Shown: positions 19,728 to 30,606, counted from the stretch's first letter. The stretch: 64,000 nt of DNA from Candidatus Omnitrophota bacterium (GCA_043812955.1 JBDRLN010000066.1:885-64884), one strand, 5' to 3'. Made by a program: numbers and translations. The notes: generated by a model from the letters alone, not told the origin.

Positions 19728-21733
19728 AGACATTTAAGAAAGAGCTGATTTTAAAAGAAATACCTTTATTTTCCAGCCTCGCCCCCAAAGAAATCATTTT
19801 AATCAAAGAAAGGTCTAGGTTTATTGAATACCGTAAGGGCCAGGTTATTTATAAAGAGGGTTCCGGTCCCTCGGCGTTTTATTGCATTGTTTTAGGTAGG
19901 GTAGTTATTTCTGCCCAGGATTATCAGGGAAAAGAAACTATATTGGAATACCTGCACCGGGGGAAATATTTCGGGGTCATCTCTTTGCTTACCAGCGAAC
20001 CCCACTCTGTCACTACTAAGGCTATTAATGACTGTCTGCTTTTGGTTATAGATAAAGAAGATTTTAATTTTCTGCTGAAAAAAATCTCCTCCTTGGCTAT
20101 TGACCTGAGCCGGACCTTATCCCGCAGGCTGAAGCGTAAAGATATTCACACCAAGAAGATATTTGAAAGCACGATTATTTCGGCTTTTAGTTCCTACCCC
20201 CGGGCAGGAAAGACTCTCTACTCGGCAAATCTGGCATTTGGTTTAAAAAAAGAAACCCATAAATCCGTAGTCATCCTGGATATTTGCCCAAAAATAAAAA
20301 CTCACAGTATGCCCAGAAGGCTGGGCCTGGAATCCGGTTATAAGGTTTTTGACCTTTCCAACAAGTGCGCAGAAATAAACAAAATAAGAGAGTTTATCTC
20401 CCAGGATAGATTTGATATTGACATCATATTTTTTAATTACCGGCTCAAAGACAAATCTTATATCCGGATGCTCTTGGGTATTTTAAGCTTATTGGTTAAT
20501 GATTACCACTATATCATCTTAGACCTTCCTTCTTATATGGATGATTCCATATTCGGCATCTTAAACCAATCGGATATAATCCATTTATTGACTAGCCCTG
20601 ATCTTGCGGATTTAAAAAGGACCCGTAGGTTGATTCAGAAGATGAAAAACGATTTTTTATTTTCTCCCGCAAAAATAAAAGTTATTATTAACGAATACAA
20701 GATAGCCAGGATCAGCTATCCGGACGAGATAAAGATGCTGGATAATGATATCTTCGCGATCCTGCCCCGGATAGAATCCAAGGATCCGGTAAGGTTATTT
20801 ATGGATAAACCAACCTGTGATTATACTAAGGCTATCCGTAGAATAGCCCGCCAGGAAGGTGATTGCATGGTGGGGTTAGCCTTAGGCATTGGCGTGGCTT
20901 ATGGATTTTGCCATATTGGGGTATTAAAAGTAATCGAAGAAGAGAAGATACCCATTGATGTTATTACCGGTTCAAGCATGGGCGCGTTTGTCGCTGGCCT
21001 GTGGGCTCTAGGAAAAACCAGCAAAGAGATCCTGGATATTTCCTGGGAATTAAGGGCTCCCGGATGGATATTCGGAATGTTGGATTTTACTTTTCCCCGT
21101 ATTGGTTTTATCAAGGGCAACCGGCTTTATAGTTTAATCAAGAAACATTTTCAGGACAAGACTTTTTATGATTTAAAAATTCCCTTGAAGATTATTGCCA
21201 GTGATATTAAAATGAAAGAGCCCAAGGTTCTGGACAAGGGGTTTTTAGCGGACGCGATTATGGCTAGTTGTTCTATGCCTGGGGTGTTTAAGCCTTTCCG
21301 GATAAAGGAGGATTCCCTTTTTGACGGGGGAGTGGTTCATCCTCTTCCCACCGAGCCTTTATTTGAGATGGGGGTAAAAAAGATAATCGCGGTTAATGTT
21401 ACCCCATCGCGTCAAGATATATTAAAGCAGTATGAGAAGACCAAGGATATGGTTATCAATAGTCGTGGTGTGGATAAAAAACAATGGTTTAACCTGGGGA
21501 AATATTTTAAAGAGAAGTTTAAAACAAATATCCTGGATATAATTTTCAGCAGTTTTGAAATACTACAGTCAACAGTGGCTGAGCAGGAGGAAAATCTTGC
21601 GGATATAGTTTTACATCCGGATACCTCTGGGATGCATTGGCTGGAATTGCATAAGGCTGAAGAATTCGCTAAAAGAGGCGAAGAGGAGACCCGTAAACAT
21701 CTAGACAAGATCTGGAAGGTTATTAATGAATAG
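19724..21733 (+). CDS. cNMP-binding domain / degenerate MinD-ParA-like domain / patatin-like phospholipase fusion protein
   Basis: N-terminal CAP-type cNMP-binding fold. Middle region SYPRAGKTLYSANLAFGL resembles the MinD/ParA Walker-A neighbourhood but lacks KGG. C-terminal patatin domain has GSSMG (GxSxG) and DGG motifs. Confidence 0.75.
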   Translation: MKTFKKELILKEIPLFSSLAPKEIILIKERSRFIEYRKGQVIYKEGSGPSAFYCIVLGRVVISAQDYQGKETILEYLHRGKYFGVISLLTSEPHSVTTKAINDCLLLVIDKEDFNFLLKKISSLAIDLSRTLSRRLKRKDIHTKKIFESTIISAFSSYPRAGKTLYSANLAFGLKKETHKSVVILDICPKIKTHSMPRRLGLESGYKVFDLSNKCAEINKIREFISQDRFDIDIIFFNYRLKDKSYIRMLLGILSLLVNDYHYIILDLPSYMDDSIFGILNQSDIIHLLTSPDLADLKRTRRLIQKMKNDFLFSPAKIKVIINEYKIARISYPDEIKMLDNDIFAILPRIESKDPVRLFMDKPTCDYTKAIRRIARQEGDCMVGLALGIGVAYGFCHIGVLKVIEEEKIPIDVITGSSMGAFVAGLWALGKTSKEILDISWELRAPGWIFGMLDFTFPRIGFIKGNRLYSLIKKHFQDKTFYDLKIPLKIIASDIKMKEPKVLDKGFLADAIMASCSMPGVFKPFRIKEDSLFDGGVVHPLPTEPLFEMGVKKIIAVNVTPSRQDILKQYEKTKDMVINSRGVDKKQWFNLGKYFKEKFKTNILDIIFSSFEILQSTVAEQEENLADIVLHPDTSGMHWLELHKAEEFAKRGEEETRKHLDKIWKVINE

Positions 21734-21741
21734 GGGGAAAC

Positions 21742-22230
21742 ATGAGAAAGTGCAAAGCGTCCTGCCTAGCCGGCAGGCAGGAAAGTTCAAAGCTTAAAGT
21801 TAAATTGATTTATATTTTATGCCTTGGGTTTTTTGCCGGGGGATGTTCTTCTCTGGCAAACTTACCCAGGAGACTCTCCGGGCTTTCAACAGTTGAGCTG
21901 GAGAGGCAGCGTCCTGAAGCAATCAGTAAAGCCTTCAATTTTAATTACCCGGATTGTTTTGCTAAAACACAAGATATATTAAAGCAGATCGGCGCGTATA
22001 TTTACGCGAAGGATAATAAAAAGCAGATGATCGCTATTTACTTAACGGTTGAAGATACTACGCCGGTAGGGTTATTCTTTAAAGAGGTTGAGCCTGGAAA
22101 GACCCGGGTGGAAGTTTCATCTTTAAGCACTTACGGAAAAGAGATTATTTCTAAGAGGCTCTTCACGATGTTAGAAGGTTTGCCTGATCCTGCACTAAAG
22201 AGTGAAAAAGACAAAGAGAAAGAAGAATAA
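21742..22230 (+). CDS. Hypothetical lipoprotein
   Basis: Hydrophobic leader ending in a FAGGCSS lipobox; no recognised domain; the exact start is uncertain. Confidence 0.5.
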   Translation: MRKCKASCLAGRQESSKLKVKLIYILCLGFFAGGCSSLANLPRRLSGLSTVELERQRPEAISKAFNFNYPDCFAKTQDILKQIGAYIYAKDNKKQMIAIYLTVEDTTPVGLFFKEVEPGKTRVEVSSLSTYGKEIISKRLFTMLEGLPDPALKSEKDKEKEE

Positions 22231-22251
22231 GTAAACAAAAAAAGGCGGATT

Positions 22252-22647
22252 ATGAAAGATTCAGTTATTGAAAAAAAGATATACTATCACGATACTGATT
22301 GCGGCGGCGTAGTCTATTACGCTAATTACCTGGAGTTCTTTGAGGAGGGCAGGACTGAATATTGCCTGGATAAGGGAGTAGTATTAGGCGATTGGGTAAA
22401 TAAGTATACTTTTTTTGTAGTGGCTCATACTGAAATTAATTATAAGGCTCCGGCCCGCTATCAGGATAAAATTAAAGTTTTTACCAGTATCGAGAGAATC
22501 GGAAATGCCTCAATAAATTTTATCCAGAAGATTACCAGGGAAGATGTTGTTTTAGTCGAATCTAAAACTACCTGGGTTTGTGTGGGGGAAGGTTTTAAAC
22601 CTAAGCCTGCGCCCGAGGAGATTAAAAGGGCTTTACTATCGGCATAA
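22252..22647 (+). CDS. Acyl-CoA thioesterase (4HBT/YbgC family)
   Basis: YYHDTDCGGVVYYANYLEFFEEGRTEY hotdog-fold thioesterase motif. Confidence 0.75.
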   Translation: MKDSVIEKKIYYHDTDCGGVVYYANYLEFFEEGRTEYCLDKGVVLGDWVNKYTFFVVAHTEINYKAPARYQDKIKVFTSIERIGNASINFIQKITREDVVLVESKTTWVCVGEGFKPKPAPEEIKRALLSA

Positions 22648-22651
22648 ATAA

Positions 22652-24238
22652 ATGGATGCGCTTAAAGACGGCAAGTGGGTGAAGAAAAGGGATAGTTGGG
22701 GAACGCGCTTAGGAATTATTATGGCTGTGGCTGGTTCTGCCATTGGTTTAGGAAATTTTTTAAGGTTTCCGGCCAAGGCCGCCTGTTATGGCGGAGGCGC
22801 GTTTATGATTCCCTACTTTGTTTCCCTACTTCTTTTAGGTATCCCGTTGATGTGGATTGAATGGACCCTGGGCCGGTACGGGGGAGGATATGGCCATGGC
22901 ACTGCCCCCGGGATATTCCAGAGCATCTGGAATAAAAATCGTTTTATCAAATATTTTGGGGTTATTGGTATTTTTGGACCTCTGGTTATATTTATTTATT
23001 ATACCTATATAGAATCCTGGGCTCTGGCGTATAGTTTTTTTGCCTTAATAGGGAAATATTCCCAGATAACCAGTCAACCGGGGATGCTCAGTTTTTTGCA
23101 TGGATTCCAGGGCTTGGAAAACAATCAGTATTTTAACGGATTAGGTCTGGCTTATTTATTCTTTCTGGTTACCTTTATCCTGAACATTACGGTAATTTAT
23201 TACGGGATAAAAGGCGGCATAGAAAAGTTATGTAAATTTGCAATGCCGCTTTTATTTATCTGCGGCTTAATGCTTTTTATCAGGGTTATAACTTTAGGTG
23301 CCCCTGATCCGGCTAATCCTGCCTGGAATATTAATAACGGATTCGGTTTTCTGTGGAATCCGGACTTCTCGGCTTTAAAATCAGCCAAGGTCTGGTTAGA
23401 AGCGGCCGGCCAGATATTTTTTACTTTAAGCGTAGGCATAGGGGTGATACTTACTTATGCCAGCTATTTATCTAAGGGCGATGATGTTGTTTTGTCCGGA
23501 CTTACTGCCGCCACCACCAATGAAGTAGCCGAAGTTATATTGGGAGGAAGCATTATAATCCCGGCAGCCTTTGTATTTTTTGGACCTATCGATATACAAT
23601 CTATTGCCCGTTCCGGAGTATTTAACTTAGGGTTTGTAACTACTCCTTTAATTTTAAGTAAATTGCCACTACCTGAGATTATGGGTTTTATCTGGTTTTT
23701 CCTTTTATTTCTGGCCGGTATAACTTCGTCGGTCTCCCTAGCCCAGCCGACAATAGCCTTTTTAGAGGATGAGTTTGATTTAAAGCGGAAAAGGGCGGTT
23801 TCTATATTTGCCGGGGCTACCTTTATACTTTGTCAGCCGGCAATTTTCTTTTTGGGCAAAGGCGTGGTCAATGAGCTGGATTTTTGGGGAGGGACATTCT
23901 TTTTAGTTTTGTTTGCGACTATAGAAACTATACTTTTTGCCTGGGTCTTTGGAATGGAAAAAGCCTGGGACGAGATACACCGGGGCGCGGATTTATCCAT
24001 CCCTAAGATTTATAAATTCATAATCAAGTATATTACTCCGTCTTTCCTTATTATTATTTTGGGGATGTGGCTTTGGCAAGAGTGGCTGTCGGTGATTTTT
24101 ATGAAAGGGGTGTCAGCTCAGGACCGCAGCTATGTTTTATGGACCAGGATAATTTTGTTTGCGGTATTTCTAATATTAGGGTTACTGGTTAGGCAATCCT
24201 GGAAAAAAAGAAAAATGATATTGGATAAGATAAAATGA
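22652..24238 (+). CDS. Sodium-dependent transporter (neurotransmitter:sodium symporter/SNF family)
   Basis: GTRLGIIMAVAGSAIGLGNFLRFP NSS-family TM1 signature; ~12 TM. Confidence 0.85.
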   Translation: MDALKDGKWVKKRDSWGTRLGIIMAVAGSAIGLGNFLRFPAKAACYGGGAFMIPYFVSLLLLGIPLMWIEWTLGRYGGGYGHGTAPGIFQSIWNKNRFIKYFGVIGIFGPLVIFIYYTYIESWALAYSFFALIGKYSQITSQPGMLSFLHGFQGLENNQYFNGLGLAYLFFLVTFILNITVIYYGIKGGIEKLCKFAMPLLFICGLMLFIRVITLGAPDPANPAWNINNGFGFLWNPDFSALKSAKVWLEAAGQIFFTLSVGIGVILTYASYLSKGDDVVLSGLTAATTNEVAEVILGGSIIIPAAFVFFGPIDIQSIARSGVFNLGFVTTPLILSKLPLPEIMGFIWFFLLFLAGITSSVSLAQPTIAFLEDEFDLKRKRAVSIFAGATFILCQPAIFFLGKGVVNELDFWGGTFFLVLFATIETILFAWVFGMEKAWDEIHRGADLSIPKIYKFIIKYITPSFLIIILGMWLWQEWLSVIFMKGVSAQDRSYVLWTRIILFAVFLILGLLVRQSWKKRKMILDKIK

Positions 24239-24335
24239 ATTTCAAGGGTTGGATATTTTTGATTTTTTCATGGAGTATTATTTTGGGGTTGACTATTTTT
24301 TGCTTTGTGCGGGTTTTCTCAAAAAAGGAGCTGAA

Positions 24336-24725
24336 ATGAAAAATGCCTTAGTTATTTGTTTTTTGATGATTTTTTCGATGATCGCGTCTGGTTGTGCTCC
24401 TATACTCATTGGTGCGGCAGTAGGGGCCGGAGCAGTAGGCGGTTATGCGATGAGCAAAGACACTATTGAGACAGACCTGGATAAGTCTTATGAGTCTATT
24501 TGGAATTCCGCTTTATTAATTAGTAAAGATTACGGCAATATAAAATACGAAAATAACGCCAGGGGCTATCTAGAGTTGGAACAAGGCCCGTTGCATATCT
24601 GGATTAAATTAAGCCGGATGACCCGGGCAACTACCCGGATAAGGGTCAGGGTCCGCAAGTACCATTTACCGAATATGGCTTTAGCCCAGGAGATATTTGC
24701 CAAAATCATCCAGGAAACCAGGTAG
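24336..24725 (+). CDS. Hypothetical lipoprotein
   Basis: Start moved to MKNALVICF (AGGAG RBS); lipobox IASGCAP; Gly/Ala-rich segment. Confidence 0.5.
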   Translation: MKNALVICFLMIFSMIASGCAPILIGAAVGAGAVGGYAMSKDTIETDLDKSYESIWNSALLISKDYGNIKYENNARGYLELEQGPLHIWIKLSRMTRATTRIRVRVRKYHLPNMALAQEIFAKIIQETR

Positions 24726-24872
24726 AATGCTCTTTATCGCATAAAAATACTTGCAAAAAATAAATTATCCTGTAGAATTATCACATTTACCCCGCACCTT
24801 CCAAAAACTTAATGGTTTCAAAGACCAAGTTTCTAATATAATTAATAGGAAGGAAGGTGCGGGGTTCACCAC

Positions 24873-25457
24873 TTGAGTGTATCTATGAATACCTTAAAAC
24901 TTAAACCGGTTAATATAACTTACCAGATTCTCTGTTTTCTTGAGGAGAGGCAATTGATCCGCACACTCAGGCCTACCTTAAAGATATTGCAAAATCACTC
25001 TGCCGGCGGTATGGTGGATACTATTTATACTTCCGCTTCCGAATTCGGATCCCACAAACTGATCTGCATCGGATTAAGCGCTAATTCTACGCAGATAGAA
25101 CTTAATTCTCATCCGGATAACGAGGAATTTATCATTATCAACAATACCTTTACAAAATTTAAACCATTATACATGGCTATAGGTTTGCATAAACATAATA
25201 TTCTGGAGGAGAAGGCCAAGAATAAGGAATTAACATCAAATGATATAATGCTCTTAAGATTAAAATACAATAATACCAAGACCAGCATCTTTACTATGCT
25301 TAGAGATACCCCTCACTGTGAATTAACTACTAAAGAGGAAGGCACCCAGCCCATATTCTTCGTCTCTGAGCCCAGCAATTTAACCATGAATTATCTTAAG
25401 CTTCCCGAATATAATCTCGCCTTAGACACTAACGGCCACCTCCGCCGCAAAAAATAA
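24873..25457 (+). CDS. Hypothetical protein (no recognisable domain, AT-rich)
   Basis: 194-aa ORF of lower GC than its neighbours, preceded by a long-range hairpin ccccgcaccttcc...ggaaggtgcgggg in the leader. Confidence 0.45.
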   Translation: MSVSMNTLKLKPVNITYQILCFLEERQLIRTLRPTLKILQNHSAGGMVDTIYTSASEFGSHKLICIGLSANSTQIELNSHPDNEEFIIINNTFTKFKPLYMAIGLHKHNILEEKAKNKELTSNDIMLLRLKYNNTKTSIFTMLRDTPHCELTTKEEGTQPIFFVSEPSNLTMNYLKLPEYNLALDTNGHLRRKK

Positions 25458-25607
25458 CCACTGGGGGGTCAGGTCCCTTTGAACTAACATCAAGTAATAC
25501 AATAAGTTCCAACTAGTCACTTTACACTTTTACAAGATAACACTAATATAAAAAAGTGCAAACTGCCTTTATGCAACTAACATATATTACAATTAGTTAT
25601 ATTCAAT

Positions 25608-25682
25608 GGACCTGACCCTCGCTGTGACCCTCGCTGCTGACCCTCGCTGCACCCTCGCTGCAATGGACCTGACCCCTCGCTG
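25608..25682. repeat. Tandem 11-nt repeats (gaccctcgctg x5) flanked by ggacctgaccc copies
   Basis: Seen directly. ggacctgacccc is also complementary to ggggggtcaggtccc at 25462-25476. Confidence 0.7.
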
Positions 25683-25914
25683 GATTTCTCAGCTCCAATC
25701 AAACCACGATATACAAAAATTATTAAAAATCCTCCCATTCGCCGCTATCCTTTGGTCGTCCGTTGGAGACAATAACTATGGTTAGCCTGAAAAAATAATT
25801 CTGACCCCATTTCTTTATAAAAATATTGACAAAGAACGTATTTATATTATTATAAGAGGGTAGACAAAGACGTCCAAAACATTTATAGGGCGTCTTTTAT
25901 TGTTTTAACCGTTT

Positions 25915-25947
25915 CCACCTACGGGGTGGCGCCCACCTACGGGGTGG
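25915..25947. repeat. Two direct copies of ccacctacggggtgg (half-sites of repeat family B) immediately upstream of the nfnA RBS
   Basis: Seen directly: ccacctacggggtgg-cgc-ccacctacggggtgg. Confidence 0.7.
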
Positions 25948-25965
25948 AGTGGGGCAGGAGTAGAG

Positions 25966-26775
25966 ATGTTTAAGATATTGGAAAAGTATTCTTTGGCTCC
26001 GCAGATACATTATTGTTTAGTTGAGGCGCCATTAATTGCCAGGAAAGCTAAGTCCGGGCAGTTTGTGATTGTCCGGGTTCGCGAACAGGGCGAACGCATA
26101 CCTCTGACTATCGCTGATTTTGATCGCGATAAAGGTACGATTACTTTGGTGTTTCAATCTTTGGGCAAGACTACTTATTTATTTTCCCAGATGAAGGCCG
26201 GGGATAGTCTTTTGGATTTACTTGGGCCTCAAGGCAATCCTACGGAAATCGAAAATTTTGGTCATACGGTGGTTATCGGCGGCGGGATCGGTATTGCTCC
26301 GGTATATCCTTTAGCCAGAAGTTTAAAAAAAGCAGGGAACAAAGTTACTGCTATTATTGGGTTTCGGGGAAAAGAGTATGTATTTTGGGAAGATGAGATG
26401 CGTTCGGTGTCAGATGAACTTCTGATTGCTACCAATGATGGTTCTTACGGCAAAAAAGGTTTTGTTACTGATGTAATTAAGGAATTGATGAATAGCGGTG
26501 AAAGAATAGATAAGGTGTTTGCTATTGGGCCGGCAATCATGATGAAGGCAGTCAGCGATATGACTAAACCTAATAATATTCCCACAGTAGTTAGTTTAAA
26601 TTCATTAATGGTTTGCGGTATGGGGATGTGTGGGGCCTGTCGGGTTAGTATTGGAGGCAAGACTAAATTTACCTGTATGGATGGCCCGGATTTTGACGCT
26701 CATCAGGTTAATTTTGAAGAGTTGATGAAAAGGCTGGATACCTATAAACAAGAAGAAGTATCCTCTAAGGATTAA
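25966..26775 (+). CDS. NfnA/SudB/PyrK-like FAD + 2Fe-2S electron-transfer subunit
   Basis: FNR-like FAD/NAD-binding fold with C-terminal MVCGMGMCGACRV...C 2Fe-2S motif; adjacent GltD-like partner. Confidence 0.75.
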   Translation: MFKILEKYSLAPQIHYCLVEAPLIARKAKSGQFVIVRVREQGERIPLTIADFDRDKGTITLVFQSLGKTTYLFSQMKAGDSLLDLLGPQGNPTEIENFGHTVVIGGGIGIAPVYPLARSLKKAGNKVTAIIGFRGKEYVFWEDEMRSVSDELLIATNDGSYGKKGFVTDVIKELMNSGERIDKVFAIGPAIMMKAVSDMTKPNNIPTVVSLNSLMVCGMGMCGACRVSIGGKTKFTCMDGPDFDAHQVNFEELMKRLDTYKQEEVSSKD

Positions 26776-26778
26776 ATT

Positions 26779-28170
26779 ATGGTGATGAATAAAAATATAA
26801 TCCCGATGCGGGAGCAGCCGGCTAAAGAGAGAATAAAAAATTTTAACGAAGTCCCTTTAGGCTATTCTCAGGACGAGGCAATCCAGGAGGCCTCGCGTTG
26901 CCTCCAGTGTGTTAAGAAACCCTGCATAGAGGGTTGTCCGGTGCGCATTGAGATCCCGGATTTTATTAAGGCTTTAAAAGAAAAAGATTTTCAAAAAGCT
27001 ATCGATATTATCCATAAAGATGATTCTTTGCCAGCTATGACAGGCCGGGTCTGTCCTCAGGAAGAACAGTGCCAGGTTTGTTGCGTTGTGAAAAAAACAG
27101 GCGAGGCTATTTCTATCGGCAGGCTGGAGAGGTTTTTAGCTGACTGGGATCTGGAAAATCGCAAAATCAGCAAACATTCTAAACCAAAAACAGATCCGCT
27201 GAAAAATATAAAGATAGCGGTAGTAGGTTCTGGGCCAGCGGGTTTAACTTGCGCCGCAGAATTAGCTAAAAAAGGCTACGCAGTCACAGTGTTCGAAGGC
27301 TACCATAAATTAGGCGGGGTATTAGTTTATGGTATTCCGGAATTTCGTTTACCTAAAGATATAGTAGCCAGTGAAATTGACCTTTTAAAAGAATTAGGGG
27401 TTAAATTCAGCACTAATGTTTTGATCGGCAGGGCCCTGACCATTGAGGAATTGTTTAAAGAAGGATTTAAAGCAGTGTTTATCGGTGCTGGCGCGGGCTT
27501 ACCGAATTTTATGGGTATACCCGGAGAGAATCTAAATGGTATATATTCGGCTAATGAATTTCTTATCCGGGTCAACCTGATGAAGGCATATAAATTTCCC
27601 GAATTTGATACTCCGGTAAAAAGGGGTAAAAAAGTAGCTGTGGTTGGCGGAGGAAACGTGGCTATGGATTCAGCCCGGACTGCCCTTCGTTTAGGCGCTG
27701 AGCATGTATATCTGATTTATCGGCGTTCAGAAAAAGAAATGCCGGCTAGGGTTGAGGAAGTTATTAGGGCCCGCGAAGAAGGCGTAGATTTTCGTTTATT
27801 GACTAATCCTATAAGATATATTGGCGCCCCAGATGGTTTTGTCAGGCAGGCAGAGTGTTTAAAAATGGAATTAGGCCCTGTTGATTCTTCGGGCAGGCAA
27901 AGCCCTGTACCGGTTAAGGGGTCAGAATTCATAATCGATGTCGATCAAGTGGTGGTAGCCATTGGCAATACCCCTAATCCTATTCTTAGCCGGACTACAC
28001 CGGGATTAAAGGTTAAGAAAAGGGGCGAGATTGAAGCTGATGATTCAGGCCAGACTTCTATGCCCGGAGTATTTGCCGGAGGGGATATTGTTACCGGCTC
28101 AGCTACTGTAATCACAGCTATGGGCGCAGGAAGAAAATCCGCCCAGGCGATAATAGATTACCTTAAATAA
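26779..28170 (+). CDS. NfnB/SudA/GltD-like NADPH-dependent glutamate synthase small-chain homologue
   Basis: N-terminal CLQCVKKPCIEGCP and CPQEEQCQVCC Fe-S motifs; VVGSGPAGL FAD dinucleotide motif and a second NAD(P) motif; 463 aa. Confidence 0.8.
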   Translation: MVMNKNIIPMREQPAKERIKNFNEVPLGYSQDEAIQEASRCLQCVKKPCIEGCPVRIEIPDFIKALKEKDFQKAIDIIHKDDSLPAMTGRVCPQEEQCQVCCVVKKTGEAISIGRLERFLADWDLENRKISKHSKPKTDPLKNIKIAVVGSGPAGLTCAAELAKKGYAVTVFEGYHKLGGVLVYGIPEFRLPKDIVASEIDLLKELGVKFSTNVLIGRALTIEELFKEGFKAVFIGAGAGLPNFMGIPGENLNGIYSANEFLIRVNLMKAYKFPEFDTPVKRGKKVAVVGGGNVAMDSARTALRLGAEHVYLIYRRSEKEMPARVEEVIRAREEGVDFRLLTNPIRYIGAPDGFVRQAECLKMELGPVDSSGRQSPVPVKGSEFIIDVDQVVVAIGNTPNPILSRTTPGLKVKKRGEIEADDSGQTSMPGVFAGGDIVTGSATVITAMGAGRKSAQAIIDYLK

Positions 28171-28191
28171 AGCGCTAGCCAGTAGAGATAG

Positions 28192-28318
28192 CTTGCGCCG
28201 CAAAAGCCTTTGCGGCACCAAGCAAAAAATAAACGCCACTCCGGCATTGATCGAGGAACTTGCGCCGCAAAAGCCTTTGCGGCACCAAGCAAAAAATAAA
28301 CGCCAGCCGGCATTTTTT
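28192..28318. repeat. Tandem direct duplication (67-bp period) each containing an 8-bp-stem hairpin gccgcaaa-agcc-tttgcggc
   Basis: cttgcgccgcaaaagcctttgcggcaccaagcaaaaaataaacgcca occurs twice. Confidence 0.8.
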
Positions 28319-28320
28319 GC

Positions 28321-28349
28321 TTGACAAAGTATTGAGGGTACTTTAAGAT
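28321..28349 (+). promoter_or_regulatory. sigma70-like promoter TTGACA-N17-TAAGAT upstream of gdhA
   Basis: Seen directly. The same -10 hexamer (TAAGAT) is used by the pil-locus promoter at 44984. Confidence 0.5.
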
Positions 28350-28407
28350 AAACTAGTTAGAAGATAGTGTCTTTTACAGCTTTTAGCAAAAGTGCGTAAG
28401 TTTTAAT

Positions 28408-28452
28408 GACAAAGACGTCTTAGGAAACTTTAAAAGGCGTCTTTTATTTTTT
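28408..28452 (+). promoter_or_regulatory. Terminator-like hairpin + U-tract inside the gdhA 5' leader (gacaaagacgtc...ggcgtcttttatttttt); paralogous motif at 25863-25906 before nfnA
   Basis: Stem aagacg/cgtctt with a 13-17 nt loop then a T-run. It lies downstream of the predicted promoter and ~50 nt before the gdhA start. Confidence 0.45.
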
Positions 28453-28501
28453 AATAAGGATTGCCTTAAAAATAGGCAAGAAATATTTAAAAAAGGAGTG
28501 A

Positions 28502-29842
<1,341 letters not shown>

Positions 29843-29955
29843 TAAAGAATAAATAAGTACGCTTTGCGCCCCTCCTGAAATCACAGGAGGGGCGTTATTT
29901 TTTTGAAAATAAATCTTATTGCTAAGGAAGCAATTCAGGATTAAAATAATAATCT

Positions 29956-30606
29956 ATGCGCTACGAAAATAAACCCCAAGAAGAATTGTTCAGCGAGTTG
30001 AAACAGCTACGTAAGGGAATGGCCGAATTGAAAAAAGAAAAACTTAAACGCCAGAAGGCTGAAAAGGCCTTGGAACGGATCAGGGAGGATTTGGAAGTCC
30101 GGATCCAGAAAAGGACCTTGGAGATCAGTCGGGTCAATGTTGATTTAAAAGAAGAAATTAGTAGGTATAAGCAGGCCCAAGGAGAGATCGAGGAACTTGA
30201 GCGCCAGATAGAGTTTATCTTGGGAGCTACTAAGACCGGCCTGGATATTATCGATAGCGATTTTAATATCTGTTTTATTGACCCGCAATGGGCTAAAGTT
30301 TACGGTGATCCCAATGGAAGAAAATGCTACGAGTATTTTATGGATGGCTTTAAGCCTTGCCCGAAATGCGGAGTAAAGAAGGCTTTAGAAACCAAGACTA
30401 CGGTTATAACCGAAGAGAGTTTAATCAAGGAGAATAACCGACCAATCCAGGTGATTACCATACCTTTTCAGAATAAGGATGGTGAATGGATGGTAGCTGA
30501 AGTTAATATCGATATAGCTGAACGTAAACAAATCGAGGCGCAATTACGTAAAAAAATCAATGAGTTAGAAAAGACTATTGCTGAGCTGAAAAAAAATAGA
30601 GTTTAA
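29956..30606 (+). CDS. Coiled-coil + PAS-like domain protein with CxxC...CPKCG
   Basis: N-terminal heptad-rich segment. PAS-like core ending in the NIDIAERK motif characteristic of a PAS C-terminus. No output domain. Confidence 0.55.
   Translation: MRYENKPQEELFSELKQLRKGMAELKKEKLKRQKAEKALERIREDLEVRIQKRTLEISRVNVDLKEEISRYKQAQGEIEELERQIEFILGATKTGLDIIDSDFNICFIDPQWAKVYGDPNGRKCYEYFMDGFKPCPKCGVKKALETKTTVITEESLIKENNRPIQVITIPFQNKDGEWMVAEVNIDIAERKQIEAQLRKKINELEKTIAELKKNRV

Noticed and set aside
19724-21733. Patatin phospholipase as a CBASS (CapV-like) effector
   Set aside because: No CD-NTase/cyclase or other CBASS signature gene nearby. A cNMP-binding domain plus patatin fits NTE-family proteins rather than a defence operon.
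25608-25682. Possible CRISPR array
   Set aside because: Repeat unit is only 11 nt with no spacers of CRISPR length; no cas genes.
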